A stretch of 64,000 nucleotides of DNA from Eledone cirrhosa (Eukaryota), in assembly GCA_964016885.1 (NCBI GenBank), contig OZ024761.1, positions 2,170,001-2,234,000 of the forward strand, written 5' to 3'. Within the stretch, counting starts at the first letter, position 1. The number at the start of each line of letters is the position of its first letter. Below the pieces are notes generated by a model. The model saw only the letters and a program-made list of their open reading frames with translations, was not told the DNA's origin and did no database searches. This document shows positions 37,184-50,156 of this stretch, piece by piece. The position numbers and the translations under genes are program-made.

Positions 37184-37224
<41 letters not shown>

Positions 37225-37394
37225 CACACATACACATATATATATATATATACATACACACATATATACATATACATATGTACGTATGGGTTACATCAAA
37301 CATTAATAATAATGTTTGATTCGTTTGTAAACAAACGAGCCTGATTAGAAGCTGCACCGGTTGTCACTTGTTCGTTCAACACTGGCTTTGAGGA

Positions 37395-37437
37395 ACAATC
37401 AACATGTTTCTGGGTCATTACTCTTCATCAGGACTGT
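37395..37437 (-). ncRNA. Minimal type I hammerhead ribozyme
   Basis: acagtc-CTGATGA-agagtaatgaccca-GAAA-catGTT-gattgt; 6-bp stem I; palindromic stem III ACATGT. Confidence 0.65.
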
Positions 37438-37631
37438 ATACCTCTCTGCCATTCTGTTGAGTGGTTGAAAATGTATAGTATTTTCTTAAGTATACATCAG
37501 CTGTGTAGCCTCATTTGCATACAAATATTAGAAATAAAATTAGAATTTTATTTCTCGCCCTAGCACAGCTGATACATAAATATAGGTATGCACACACACA
37601 TATACATACACATATATATATATATTTATAT

Positions 37632-37980
37632 ATCATCATTTCATCATTTCATTTTACGTTCGCTTTTCCCTGCTTGCAAGGGTGGGACGCGAACTGATTC
37701 TGGCTTGATTTCTACAGCTGGATGCCCTTCCTAACACCAACCTCATTTTTACAGTGAGTGCTGGATGCTTTTTTTGCCGGTGGCACCTCCACGTCCACTT
37801 TGCAGTGGAATGATAGGGACCTCAGTCCCTATCATCTCATTTCTACAGCTGAGTAAACTGGAGCAATGTGAAATAAAGTGTCTTGCTCAAGGAAACAACA
37901 CATCACCCGGTCTGAGAATTGAACTCGCAACCTTTCGATTGCAAGCCCAATGCTCTAACCACTAAGCCATGTGCCTACAT
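37632..37980 (-). mobile_element. Full-length CORE-type SINE
   Basis: Reverse complement of the 36836-37170 family. Confidence 0.85.
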
Positions 37981-38114
37981 GCCTATATATATATACATAC
38001 ACACACATATATATATATATACATATACATTAAGAATAATGTTCGATTTGTTTGTAAAATATACATATATACATAATTTGAATTGAGCTTCGACATAGCT
38101 GTATACAAATATGT

Positions 38115-38613
38115 ATGTGAATTTTGTATATCTAAAGATATATGGTATGTTTATAAATAAACATTCTGAAAGCCCCAGCTATGAATAGAACACTGGAAGC
38201 CAGCGGTGTCTAGCAGAAGCAAGGGGGATAGCTGTCGATGCCTTTCGAACTTAATAGTTCTCATCAGGACAATGTTTCCCTAATTCTATTTTAAATTGAG
38301 CCAATTTATACAGCTTTGTATGCAAATGAGGCTAATCAGCCCATATACACAGACAAAAAACTATATTTTCGCTTATTTCAAAATCTAGCAGTAGTGAGAG
38401 GGAAACCTGTCCTGATGATAACCATTAAGTTTGAAATACATCGACAGTTATCCCCCTTGCTTCTGCTGGACACCGCTCAGCGGCGCTGGCCGCCATTGTA
38501 CCAGTAATGTACTGGCCTTGTGCTTAAAGTAGAAACAATTATTCTATTCATAGCTGTAACTTTCAAAATGTTTATTTACCATATATACCATATATCTTTA
38601 GATTTACAAAATT

Positions 38614-38618
<5 letters not shown>
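38115..38618. mobile_element. Fold-back element with a hammerhead in each arm (38232-38272 on -, 38407-38447 on +); SINE tail inserted in the right arm
   Basis: Minus: ttgtc-CTGATGA-gaact-atta-agttc-GAAA-ggcATC-gacag. Plus: ctgtc-CTGATGA-taacc-atta-agttt-GAAA-tacATC-gacag. Confidence 0.78.
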
Positions 38619-38650
<32 letters not shown>

Positions 38651-38885
38651 TTTTGAGTGTGTGCATGTTTATGTTCTGGATATTTATTTATATTTTTTTC
38701 CCCTCAATTTTTGCCCGTTTTTTGATTTCAGCCTCACTTTCATATTTCCTAAATTTTGTTTTCAAATCCATATTTAATAAACATTCCATGTTATTTTTTA
38801 TGACGACTGAAGACAGATACAAATATCTGTCTTCAAGAAACCACTGGTAAATGAATTAATTATCTTATGTTGTTTATTACATAAC

Positions 38886-38919
<34 letters not shown>

Positions 38920-39001
38920 TAGGTAAAATCCCAACAGTGAAGCCATGGTTTCGGCTTGTGTGTGTGTGCGTGTGTATATACACACACACATGTATATACA
39001 C

Positions 39002-39034
<33 letters not shown>

Positions 39035-39130
39035 CATATAAATATATACATATACACACACATATATATATATACACACACACATATACATATATATAGA
39101 CACACACACATATATATACACACACACACA

Positions 39131-39385
39131 TATCATCATTTCATTTTACGTCCGCTTTTTCCCTGCTTGCAAGGGTGGGACGGGAACTGATTCTGGCTTG
39201 ATTTCTACAGCTGGATGCCCTTCCTAACACCAACCTCATTTACAGTGAGTGCTGGGTGCTTTTTTTGCCATGACACCTCCACAACCACTTTGCAGTGGAA
39301 TGATATGGACCCCAGTCCTATCATCTCATTTCTACAGCTAGTAAACTGGAGCAATGTGAAATAAAGTGTCTTGCTCAAGGAAACT
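39131..39385 (-). mobile_element. 5'-truncated CORE-type SINE
   Basis: Same family as 37632-37980. Confidence 0.8.
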
Positions 39386-39392
39386 AAAGTGT

Positions 39393-39469
<77 letters not shown>

Positions 39470-39471
<2 letters not shown>

Positions 39472-40545
39472 AAAGGTATATATCAAAGGCATATATCGAG
39501 TTAGAAACTCAAAATAGTCTCTTACAATAAATTAGCTCTAAGAAAGAGATTTTTTCCGAGCCATATAATATAGCTGAACAAAAAAGAAAAACGAACACAG
39601 ACATATATACATATATGTGTTCAAATCGTAAGGGACCAGATTCGCTAAGGTGAAGAGAATACTAACTACAGACAATAGAGTTTGCCAGACTCAATTTAAG
39701 AATAAATCAAGAAAATAAATACAAACCAAAATTGTGGTAACTACCAATCACCCGGACAGTTTTGATAATACTGTTTCGCAATATTAATTGTGAAAAGGAA
39801 TACCAAAATCCTTGCTCATCAGCGGGTGAAGAATTATTAGTATCCTGGTCACTTCTAAGTATATTAAAAAACTGGATAGTGTGCGTATATATAATAACGC
39901 ACATGGTATCAGAACTTAGCGTGTCTCGCAGACTCAGACCACTAAAAATAGCAGCCGGGTTTACTCGACATTTGAATTAGCTCGACAAATTAACGAATAT
40001 ATCAAAGGCATATATTGATTATACGGCTCGGAAAAATCTCTTTCTTAGAGCTAATTTATTGTAAGAGACTATTTTGAGTTTCTAAATCAATATATGCCTT
40101 TAATATATTCGGCTCCGTTAATTCGTTGAGCTAATTCAAATGTCGAGTAAACCCGGCTGCTATTTTTAGTGGTCTGAGTCTGCGAGACACGCTAAGTTCT
40201 GATACCATGTGCGTTATTATATATACGCACACTATCCAGTATTTTAATATACTTAGAAGTGACCAGGATACTAATAATTCTTCATCCACTGATGAGCAAG
40301 AATTGGTATTCCTCTTCACAATTAATATTGCGAAACAGTATTATCAAAACTGTCCGTGTGATTGGTAGTTACCACAATTCTGGTTTGTGTTTATTTTCTT
40401 GATTTATTCTTAAATTGAGTCTGGCAAACTCTATTGTCTGTAGTTAGTATTCTCTTCACCTTAGCGAATCTGGTCCCTTACGATTTGAATACATATATGG
40501 ATATATGTCTGTATTCGTTTTTCTTTTTGTTCAGTTATATATATA
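39470..40545. mobile_element. Head-to-head inverted dimer of a circularly permuted ~519-nt non-coding unit carrying a canonical hammerhead
   Basis: 40020-40545 is the reverse complement of 39481-40000 with segment order permuted; tatcaaaggcatata recurs at 39481 and 40000. Confidence 0.85.
39748..39829 (-). ncRNA. Complete type I hammerhead ribozyme
   Basis: Stem I tcacccg/cgggtga; CTGATGA; stem II gcaa/ttgc; GAAA; stem III acagt/actgt; GTC cleavage triplet. Second copy at 40282-40361(+) has a mutated stem I. Confidence 0.85.
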
Positions 40546-41003
40546 AAATGTCATATAGGTAGATAAGTCACACCTCCATTTTTGATACCATATTTTCAAT
40601 TGAACCATATATTAAAATAACTGTTTCTACTTTTGGCACAAGGCCAGCAATTATCCCAGTAGATTACTGGTACTTTATTTTATCAACCTCGTAAGGATGA
40701 ATAATGTTAATGGTTTTGCAGGTCCAGTAGAGAAGTAGCTGGTTTTGTGGTTAAGGGGATAAAGCTGTGACTTATACAACATTATATATTGCATAATGGG
40801 ATATATGTATGTTGATAGATGTACTGGGACCAGTATCAAAGAAGTACTCAATACATGGTAAGATGCAGAGCGGGTATATTAGTGAAAGTAAAGGATTTAT
40901 TGTGAGCTCAGTGGTTTCGGCTAGTTACCTCTTTTGGCAACTAGACGAAACTGCCGAGCTCACGACAGATCCTCTACTTTTACCAATATATATATATATG
41001 TAG

Positions 41004-41207
41004 ATCATCATCATCGTTTCGTTTAACGTCTATCTTCCCCGCTAGCATGAGTTAGATGGGAATTGTCCGATTTGAGGTAAGATTGGTCGGTTGACCGTGT
41101 CTTGCTCGTATAGGACTATCTGGCAGGTTTTCTACGGCTGGATGCCCTTCCTAACACCAACCACATTTACAGTGTGGACTGGGAGCTTTTTACCATGTTA
41201 CCAACAC
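41004..41207 (-). mobile_element. RTE 3' tail fragment
   Basis: Family UTR motif ending in (GAT)n. Confidence 0.75.
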
Positions 41208-41240
41208 GACATATATACACCTACTCTGCATATATATCAT

Positions 41241-41290
<50 letters not shown>

Positions 41291-41474
41291 TACTACTTTG
41301 ATTTGCAGCCTTCCTGGTTTTGAAACGAGAACTTCATGTATATCATACATAAAACCCAGTCAAACAAAAGTCTATCCTCCATCTGTCTGTCTATCTTCAC
41401 CATCATCATCACTGTTTTACGTCCATTTTTTCACGCAAGCATGGGTTAGACGACATCTCTCTATTATTTCACGT

Positions 41475-41524
41475 TCAACTGAAGAAATATGTAGAACTCA
41501 GAATTTTCTCGAGTTGGAATTCTC
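41475..41524 (-). CDS. POLRMT: Mitochondrial RNA polymerase, terminal coding exon ((G)EFQLEKILSSTYFFS*)
   Basis: Acceptor gtttcttttcag; ends STYFFS-TGA, the characteristic C-terminus of eukaryotic mitochondrial RNA polymerases; phase matches the upstream exon. Confidence 0.93.
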
Positions 41525-41556
41525 CTGAAAAGAAACAAAAGAACAATACTATATAG

Positions 41557-41590
<34 letters not shown>

Positions 41591-41639
41591 AAGATGAATA
41601 TAAAATGAAAGTGCTTTTTTTTAAAAAAGGAATTTATTA

Positions 41640-41760
41640 GGTATTGACATATGTTTCTGTAACAGACGGAATACCTATGTATCGCTGCTTGCGTAATTAT
41701 ATAATGTTAGCAAGTATTCGATAGCAAATGTATAATCAGTTGTCACTTCTTCAGAGATTT
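41640..41760 (-). ncRNA. Hammerhead-like motif in a PLE terminal remnant, in the last POLRMT intron
   Basis: CTGAAGA-agtgaca...tgttaca-GAAA-catatGTC, followed by AATAAA; stem I is weak. Confidence 0.5.
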
Positions 41761-42384
41761 TGGATAAATTGGAAAAAATCAGAAAAATTGAAGTATTTAT
41801 ATTAGTTGTAATAGAGGAAGAAGAGAGGGGATAGTATATGACAGATGGTAATTCAATTTACTGCTAAACAAGTATATAAAGGGTTTCTAATGAGAATACA
41901 ATGAGTAAATGGTTTATTTTATCTAAATAAGAATTTTTTGAGTGCCTATATTAATCTATACTTGACCAATTGAACAATGGACAGGGCTGGTCATTTGGTG
42001 TAGTAGTATTAATTATAAAGTGTCAATTAAGGAAGAGGGAGATTTTCACTGCTACTGAATAACAACAATGCTGGTAGCCTGCATTAGGGAATTGAATTAA
42101 GAAATCTCATTTTATCTATAGCAGTTTATATTAAATGGTAAAGAATAGAAGAGTTGATAGAATTAAGACTAATAGAGAATGTTAATATGTATTTTGACAA
42201 TCAAACGGAGATGGAGATAGGCGTTCAATCCTGGTAGTGTTTGTAATATGAAAATGTAGATTTTAAGTGATGGTTACAGTATAACGATCACTCTATTCTG
42301 TTATTTAATAAAATATTTTTGGATTTCATAATACAAAATAATTCCATATTACACAATTTACAAAATTCCTGTCCATGCAATTCC

Positions 42385-42565
42385 TTTGCAGTGGAATGAT
42401 AGGGACCCCAGTCCCTATCATCTCATTTCTACAGCTGAGTAAACTGGAGCAATGTGAAATAAAGTGTCTTCCTCAAGGAAACAACACATCACCTGGTCTG
42501 AAAATTGAACTCACAACCTTTCGATTGCAAGGCCAATGCTTTAACCACTAAGCCATGTGCTTCCA
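42385..42565 (-). mobile_element. CORE-type SINE, 5' half
   Basis: Family head and CORE domain. Confidence 0.75.
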
Positions 42566-43684
42566 TATATATATATATAATAATAATAATTGTTTCTACT
42601 TTTGGCGCAAGGCCAGCAATTACCCAGTGTATTACTGGTACTTTATTTTATCGACCCCGTAAGGATGAAAGGCAAAGTTAACATCGAATAATGATAATAA
42701 CTAACAAAAAGTTATCGCTCTACATGGCTGAATACAATAAATGTAATCTGAGTTTTTCGAATATTAATAATAATATTCGATTTGTTTGCAATTATGCAAA
42801 AAAAAAAAAAAGAGGCTTCTTTGCTAACGAATCGAATATTATTTAATTAGTGAGATAATATAGGTTGGCAGAGTCCCACCCTGGGTATCTCCATGCACCC
42901 CACATTTCCAATCACTGGGCTTCACCATCCACCCCTGGTCTGTAATTCAGTTTTCCGAAGGACAAGCTACCTCCAACCTAATCCCTTTCTCACATAAAAG
43001 TCAGTACAAACTGTGATAAGTAAATAAGACGTACCTATTATTTTTTTTGTGTGTCTGTGTATGTGTGTACATGTACACGTATGTGTATGTATGTGCTTCT
43101 GTGTGTGTTTATATATGTGTACATAGATATGTTTATGAATGGATGTATGTGTATGTATAGATATATGTGTGTGTGTGCATGAATATATATATTTGTGTGT
43201 ATGTATGTAGGAACATAGATGTGTGTTTGCAGGTGTGTACTAAATGTTTACAATATGGATTATAATTTTTAACACCTACAGTTATAGTTCTAACACCTCT
43301 TACTATCAGGACTCTTAACAGCTACTGTTATAGTTCTAACACCTCTTACTATCAGGACTCTTACTATGGATAAGCATTCACACTCCCAGATGAACCCATA
43401 TCTGGTTACACACAGGAATTCTTCCTGAGCAACTACAATACTACATCAAAATGAGTGGTAGTAGTTGACCTGTTTACACCACTGCCACTAAGGTCAATTA
43501 GGTCACCTAGACCAGAACCCCCTATTTTCTAGGTATTTGAGTTATTATAGCTGGTTGTTAAAAAAACCCCTAACAGACTGACCTGTTTCAAGGACAACTG
43601 ACCTAAGAAATTCAATAGACTTGGTACTGGAGTGTTAAGATAGTATCTGACCAATGAGAGGAAGGTATATTCTATGTTCTAAAT

Positions 43685-46600
43685 CAGGGGTTCTGAACCT
43701 GATCCATGTGGACCACTAGTGTTCCACAGAAAATTTTCTGTGGGCCACCTGAAAAATTTAAATTCTTCCATACACGCCTCATCACACCTCGCACCTGTGA
43801 GTGCACTTGAGAGCACGCCTTTCCTATTGGACGATTAGCTATCCAATCATACACGGACGCGTACCAAACATAAAAACACACAACAAATCGCATAAAAACA
43901 CACAACAAATCGCGTGTTCTCGGCCGGTCGACACAATCGTGTTTTCTACCTGACTTTTGAATTGAGGATTACTAGCGAAACAGCAGTTCTTACGGCTTAC
44001 CCAACATAACATATCATCTCTCTAGATACGTACATTTTTACGCAAGTGTTAGTCTAATTGTAGTCTGTAGAAATTTTGTTGTCAGTGATATGGAAAAACG
44101 TTCTCTAAATTCTTCGTTCACCGAATCGGAAAAACGATTTTGTAGACGATATAACTCAGATTATATCAGATATGGTTTTTTATCCAGCGCAGAAGATCCT
44201 TCATTACCACAGTGTATCATCTGCTCAAAAAATTAACTAATGACTCAATGAAACCTTCGAAATTATTGTATCATCAAAAACTAGTCCATCCCGATTTATA
44301 TGGCAAGCCTAAGTACTTCGAAGAATATCTTCGCAAAAAAAAAAGCAACATCTGCATCACTGAAAATTTTCCTATCCCATGCTAACAACAGTTCTGGTCT
44401 GCAAGTGTCCTACAACATTTCGCTCATGATAGCAAAACAGGGTCGCCCACATACCATTGGTGAAGACCTGATTAGGCCCCCAATACTTGAAGGATATAAA
44501 GTTGCTAATGTGTCGAACGCTGCCTCAGTTTTAGCAACTATTCCACTTTCCAACAGCACGGTAGCTTCCAGCATTTCTGAAATGGCTGAAGATGTCAAAT
44601 CTACAGTTGTAGAAGAATTGCGACACTGCACATTTTTGTTGACGGTGGATGACAGGACTTTTGACAACCAATGTGTTGCGCTTGCTTTTGCTTGCTATGT
44701 AAAAGGGACCACGGTTTGTGAAAACCTACTTTTTATGACAACTGTACTGAAAAACACTGGAGAGATGATCTACAATGCAGTCATGGATCTTCTCACTAAA
44801 AATGACATTGATCCCCACAACATCATATCAATATGCACTGATGGAGCAGCCTCTATGGTTGGAAAATCCCAGGGTTTTGTTGCAAGATAGAGAGAATTTA
44901 ATCTTCACATCTTCACAACTCATTGCGTACTCCATCGAGAAAATTTAATAGCAAAAAAAATCGGAAGTTATACCTTTTCTGAAATCCTTAACACAATTGT
45001 TTCCGCAATCAACAAGATCAAAAGATCTGGTCTTTGGGACAGTCTTTTCCAAGAAGCTTGTAAAGATGAAACGTTCAACCGTCTGTTGTATTTGACACTG
45101 GCTATCAATGGGAAGCTGCCTTGGACGTTTTGTTGCACTCTTCGATAAAGTCATAGAATTTCTTCAACAGACTGATCCAATTATGACAGCATCACTTTCT
45201 GAGAAAAAACCTGCAATTTTGTACTTACATGAGATCTTTCAAAAACTAAATGATCTCAACCTTTCTTTGCAAAAGCAGAACATCAACATTGTACGTGCCA
45301 AACACTTGATAAGGGCTTTCATGAATAAGCTCACTCTATGGAAAATTCAAATTGAAGATCATAACTTTTTACAGTTCGAGAGCTTAAAAACTGTTGTGGT
45401 AGATAATAACTTGCACAGATCTATAATCGAGCATCTATCTTTCCTTCACGAAAACGTCAATAATCGTTTTGAAGATCTTTTGGCTTTAAATATCCCAATT
45501 TTTGTGGATTCTCTTCACACAATGTCTATGAACGACATACTTGTTCAACTAGAATGTCTTCAGATGGAGCTCTGTAAGGCGACGGTAGATGATAATCTGC
45601 GTAAATTTTCTGAAACTAACTGGGTCGAGGCTTGGTTGACTCATTGTCAAGAATATCCAAAGCTGTTTGAACAAGTCGAGCCTTTCATAATAAATCTCCC
45701 TACATCTTACTTGGCTGAAAAGGGATTTTCCATTGTCCTCCACACATACACAAAGCAGCGGAGGCGTTTGATCCTCGACAACAATGCCGATTTGAGACTT
45801 CGCTTGAGCCACATAGAGCCGAGGATTTCTAAACTTGTGGATCAAAAACAAGCATAAGGGTCTCATTGACAGTTTTTTGACGTGTTGTCTGATGACTTGG
45901 CGTAATTGTGTTGTCGTTGACATTTTTAATTCAATTCAATTTGTTTTATTCCCTCAAACGTTTACACGACCTTTTGTACTGATCCCAACTTAAATCTTCA
46001 AGTTTTTTTAACTTACCCTACACATTATCCTATTTAAACTGTACAGCTTTCCATTTCATCTGAATGATAGGGAGTGTTTTCCAGGACTCAATAACCTTTT
46101 TCTATTCGATTCTATCAAATAAAGCTTTATTGAAAAAATAGACATTTTCAAATTCGTTTTCTTATTGGTGTTCTCATTTGTTTGTTCTCTGTCGTCTTGG
46201 TGCTTAAATCATCTCCTTTAGGGGAACAAAAAAGGAACTTTCACTGCAAAGTGAAAATAGTATTGACCAATCAAATCGATCTTACCAATTAGAAGTAGAA
46301 ACTTATTCTCAACATGAATGCTTCATATTTGTCGCAGAGATATGAAATCGAAAAAATTCAAATTAATAACGAATAAGTTATGCGTTGCTTGGTGCAATAG
46401 CAAATTCTTTTTTGATCCATGCATTTGACTTAAAGCGTTGTTCTTATTCTTCGCATAAGTACGACTTCAGCTGTTTATTTCCGTAAATTTTTAGGCACTG
46501 CGACATAGTTTACAGGATGCTGGGTTGATGTATATATCTATATATCATTTCGTACTTAATACTCCTGCGTCAAAGGTCACCAGTTTTAATAGGAAGAATG

Positions 46601-47239
46601 GTCATACATATAGAAGATTGTAGCAGTTTTAACAATCACCAGTTTAGCAGAGTTATAGATGTATTGATGTAATAGTCATAACGCCACGAGTAACCAGTTC
46701 GGTAGAAAGATGTGGTAAGAACATCGATAACGACTTTGGCTTGTTTTACATTATTTATTAATAAGGGTTGAGCTGAGTAGAGCTAGCATGCCAAGAGTAA
46801 TAAAACAAACAAATTAAGAATATCAGACGGCACGGTCTACTGGCTGAAGTATTGCCAGGCCATGGTTAAATTGTTGTGTTATATATTGGCTAGTGATTTC
46901 ACGATGAAAGAAAGTTAGTTGTTTACCTTTCTACGGTCAGCGTGCAAGAGAGCGATTTCTCAAATCCACGCAGGAATTTTTCCCTCAGGGCGCGCAGAAA
47001 TACATTCTCCTCCGCTGGCGGTCATTGGCTGGGCTGAGCCAAATAACACACGGAGAATGTATGTGAGCCTGCGGAATGTAGGTCACTACAATAGCATTTT
47101 CTAATTCATAGAAAAAAAACATCTACTGATGCTTATAAGTTGCAGTTCTATTACAAAAGATTTAAAAGTTTAGGTGGTCCACAGGAAAAAATTACTTATT
47201 TTGGTGGTCCACAGCGAAAAAAAGGTTGAGAACCCCCTG
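43685..47239 (+). mobile_element. hAT DNA transposon (Buster/Charlie-like) inside a POLRMT intron
   Basis: TIRs caggggttctgaacct / aggttgagaaccccctg; subterminal gtggaccac/gtggtccac; imperfect TSD (ctaaat on both sides). Confidence 0.9.
44090..45857 (+). pseudogene. Buster-type hAT transposase, disrupted
   Basis: RYNSDYIRYGF...PQCIIC...SMKPSKL..H (BED finger); KQGRPHTIGEDLI; ICTDGAASMVG; HCVLHRE; PTSYLAEKGFS; stop at 44888 and frameshifts. Confidence 0.9.
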
Positions 47240-47250
47240 CTAAATCATAC

Positions 47251-47422
47251 AAACAACACTGGAACTGGGTATATCAAAGGACTAATGGAGGTAAACTTTG
47301 TCCCACCAAACAACACTGGAACTGGGCATATCAAAGGACCAACGGAGGTAAACTTTGTCCCACCAAACAACACCGGAATTGGGCATATCAAAGGACCAAC
47401 GGAGGTAAACTTTGTCCCACCA
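47251..47422. repeat. 57-bp tandem repeat x3
   Basis: aaacaacactggaactgggcatatcaaaggaccaacggaggtaaactttgtcccacc. Confidence 0.9.
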
Positions 47423-47479
47423 TTATGTTTTTCTGATTTTTCTGTTCAAGTTCTAGCTGCCTGATGAGGTCATAGTTGT

Positions 47480-47690
47480 ATTGGCAGTATCGGTAGAGGG
47501 TCGGATGCCATACTTTCTAGCATAGAGTTACGACCCTTGCCATTCTGAGTTCAAATCCCGCCAAGGTTAACTTTACATTTCATCCTTACGGGGTTGATAA
47601 AATAAAGTACCAGTAACACACTGGGGTCGATTTAATCGACTTTCCCTTCCCCCAAATTGTTGATCTTGTGCCTAAATCAGAAACCATTAT
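47480..47690 (+). mobile_element. Meta-type SINE
   Basis: Family head and core. Confidence 0.75.
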
Positions 47691-47939
47691 TAATATTAAT
47701 AAGGCTAAAAAGTGAGTCTTGTTTCTCTGGAGTTTCACCTGTTTATCAGAGGCTCACCAGACAACAATTTCAATGGTAGACAGTAAATATATGCAAGTCT
47801 TGGGGTGGAGGAAGGTGGGTGTACAGAGTGGAGGGGGGGGGGGGTCAGTGCCAGGTAAGTGGTGAGTGTATAGGGTGTGTGTGGGGGGTGCAGTGAAAAA
47901 TGTTGGCGGGATTGGTTGAAGGAATATACACACATATAT

Positions 47940-48745
47940 ATGGACTCTGGCTTTACTGTAGCACCAGCTCAGAGCAGGAGAGTTAAGGCGAAAAAGGTAT
48001 CGGATGCTGAATTTGCCGACGACATAGTTTTGGTGACAAATACAGTGAAGGAGGCAAAGGATTTGATGCAGGAGGTTGAGACTGTGTGGGGCTGAGAATG
48101 AATGAGACTAAAACAAAATATCTGGTAGAGAATGTTGGGAAGCCAGAGGGGGTCATTAATGTAGGCGGGAAGCCGCTAGAATTGGTTGAGGACTTCCTGT
48201 ATTTGGGAGCAAAGATTGGGAATACGGAAGATGATGTGGTTGAGAGGAAGAGCAAAGCCTGGGCAGCATGCCACAGTTTGAGATCGGTGTGGAAGTTGGA
48301 CCTACCTAAAGACCTGAAATCCGCCTCTTCATTGCTGTAGTGGAGTCTGTGCTGCTGTACAGGTCTGAGACTTGGACACTGACTAACAAACTCACTCAGA
48401 TGGTGGATGGGTGCTACACGAGAATGCTGAGGATGGCTCTGAACATTAATCAGTATACACTGAGGATGAAAAACTCAGAGCAAAAGTCAGCTCAAAAGTG
48501 ACACAGAGGAGACTGAGGTTAGCTGGACATGCTCACGGACATCCAGAGTTGACATTGCACTCAGTGCTCCTGTGGGAGCCCCTACATGGACACACTGGGA
48601 GAGGAAGACCAAGGTTAACATATATTGATGCCCTAAGGACAAATACAGGTCTGTTGGAGACGCAGGACATGGCAACGATAATGAGGGACAGAGACAGCTG
48701 GAGAGAACTTGTCCATGGATCTCGGGAATTTAACCCGCCCTAGAT
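47940..48745 (+). mobile_element. RTE-like LINE 3' fragment, a distinct family
   Basis: EFADDIVL, VEDFLYLG, LLY.SETW, RRLRLAGH, GRGRPRLTYID, DRDSWR. Confidence 0.85.
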
Positions 48746-48867
48746 AAATATATGATGCTATATGTAAATAAATAAATATATATATACACACACAAGCACA
48801 ACTATACTTATAGAGCACAGGTAAAAAAATATCTAAAAGGTTATAAAATTATAAAAGTTTTTAAAGA

Positions 48868-48955
<88 letters not shown>

Positions 48956-49067
48956 AGAATTAGTATATCTACTAACATATATATACAGATGCATACCTAT
49001 GCCAGCAAATATATAGGTTTTGTCTTAGTAACTTTGTGGTTCAATGCAAGGGGATGCAGAACAATAA

Positions 49068-49661
49068 TATGAAAGATGTAAAATAAGAAAATTATAAAAA
49101 TTAACTTACTTACTAAAATTTCACTCCAACTAATTAGTTTCCGAAAGGGAATAAACAAGGTTTCCGAAGAAACGCTCGGAGAAGTCCTTTCGTCATCAGG
49201 GAAGTCTATTCTCAGCTAAGTTTCCAGGCAATGCGTGGATACAGGGAACTTATACAAAAATAATTCAGTGGATGGAAAAAAGCAAAGCGTGGACTAAGTT
49301 CCAAGACATTGAAAAAATCACTGCCTACTGGGTCGGTGGCAAATTCAAAAGAATCAATCACATGACATCGAGGTTAATCAGTAAGGAGTGGTTTTGCCAC
49401 CAACCCAGTAGGCAGTGATTTTTTCAATGTCATGGAACTTAGTCCACGCTTTGCTTTTTTCCATTCACTGAATTATTTTTGTATAAGTTCCCTGTGTGCA
49501 CGCATTGCCTGGAAACTTAGCTGAGAATAGACTTCCCTGATGACGAAAGGACTTCTCCGAGCGTTTCTTCGGAAACCTTGTTTATTCCCTTTCAGAAACT
49601 AATTAGTTGGAGTGAAATTTTAGTAAGTAAGTTAATTTTTATAATTTTCTTATTTTACGTC

Positions 49662-49670
<9 letters not shown>
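49068..49670. mobile_element. Fold-back element (~275-bp arms, ~50-nt spacer) with a hammerhead in each arm (49124-49204 on -, 49531-49612 on +)
   Basis: Arms nearly identical; ttcc-CTGATGA-cgaaagg...cctttcg-GAAA-ctaattagTT-ggag; stem III is the palindrome ACTAATTAGT; ends in (TA)n. Confidence 0.85.
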
Positions 49671-49700
<30 letters not shown>

Positions 49701-50156
49701 CAGAAGGGATATTTAATTTGTTGGTAATTCAACAAATATAAATGTTTATAACTGATTCAGAGCACTCGACAGATTTTCTGGAGTAAATATTGAATGATAT
49801 TAAAGTATGTTCCTTGGCTATGTCAAAATTTATAAAACACACTTTGTATTTTATCTGATGAAAGCGTACCAAAGTTTTTGGTACCCTTGAAATATATATA
49901 ATAGAATAAATATGGTTTTATAAATATAGTTTCCATTTATTTAATATCATTGTATATATATATATATATATAGTTCAAAGAGACAACAAACAGGTACAAA
50001 GAGTCTTCTTAGCTTCACGCTTTATAAGAAAATACCTGTGTGTGTGTGTGTGGCTGTATATACAGTGGAACTTATGTGGTTCACAAACTTAATTCACTCC
50101 TGAAATTGACTGGCTTCTTTTTATCATGAGACACAGGACAACAAAACAATACTGAC

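Noticed and set aside
40902-40963. Hairpin gtgagctc...gagctcac containing GAAAC
   Set aside because: No CUGANGA partner found, so not counted as a ribozyme; probably a small fold-back TE remnant.
44300-45857. Domesticated ZBED/Buster host gene
   Set aside because: In-frame stop and frameshifts, and intact TIRs surround it; it is a dead transposon.
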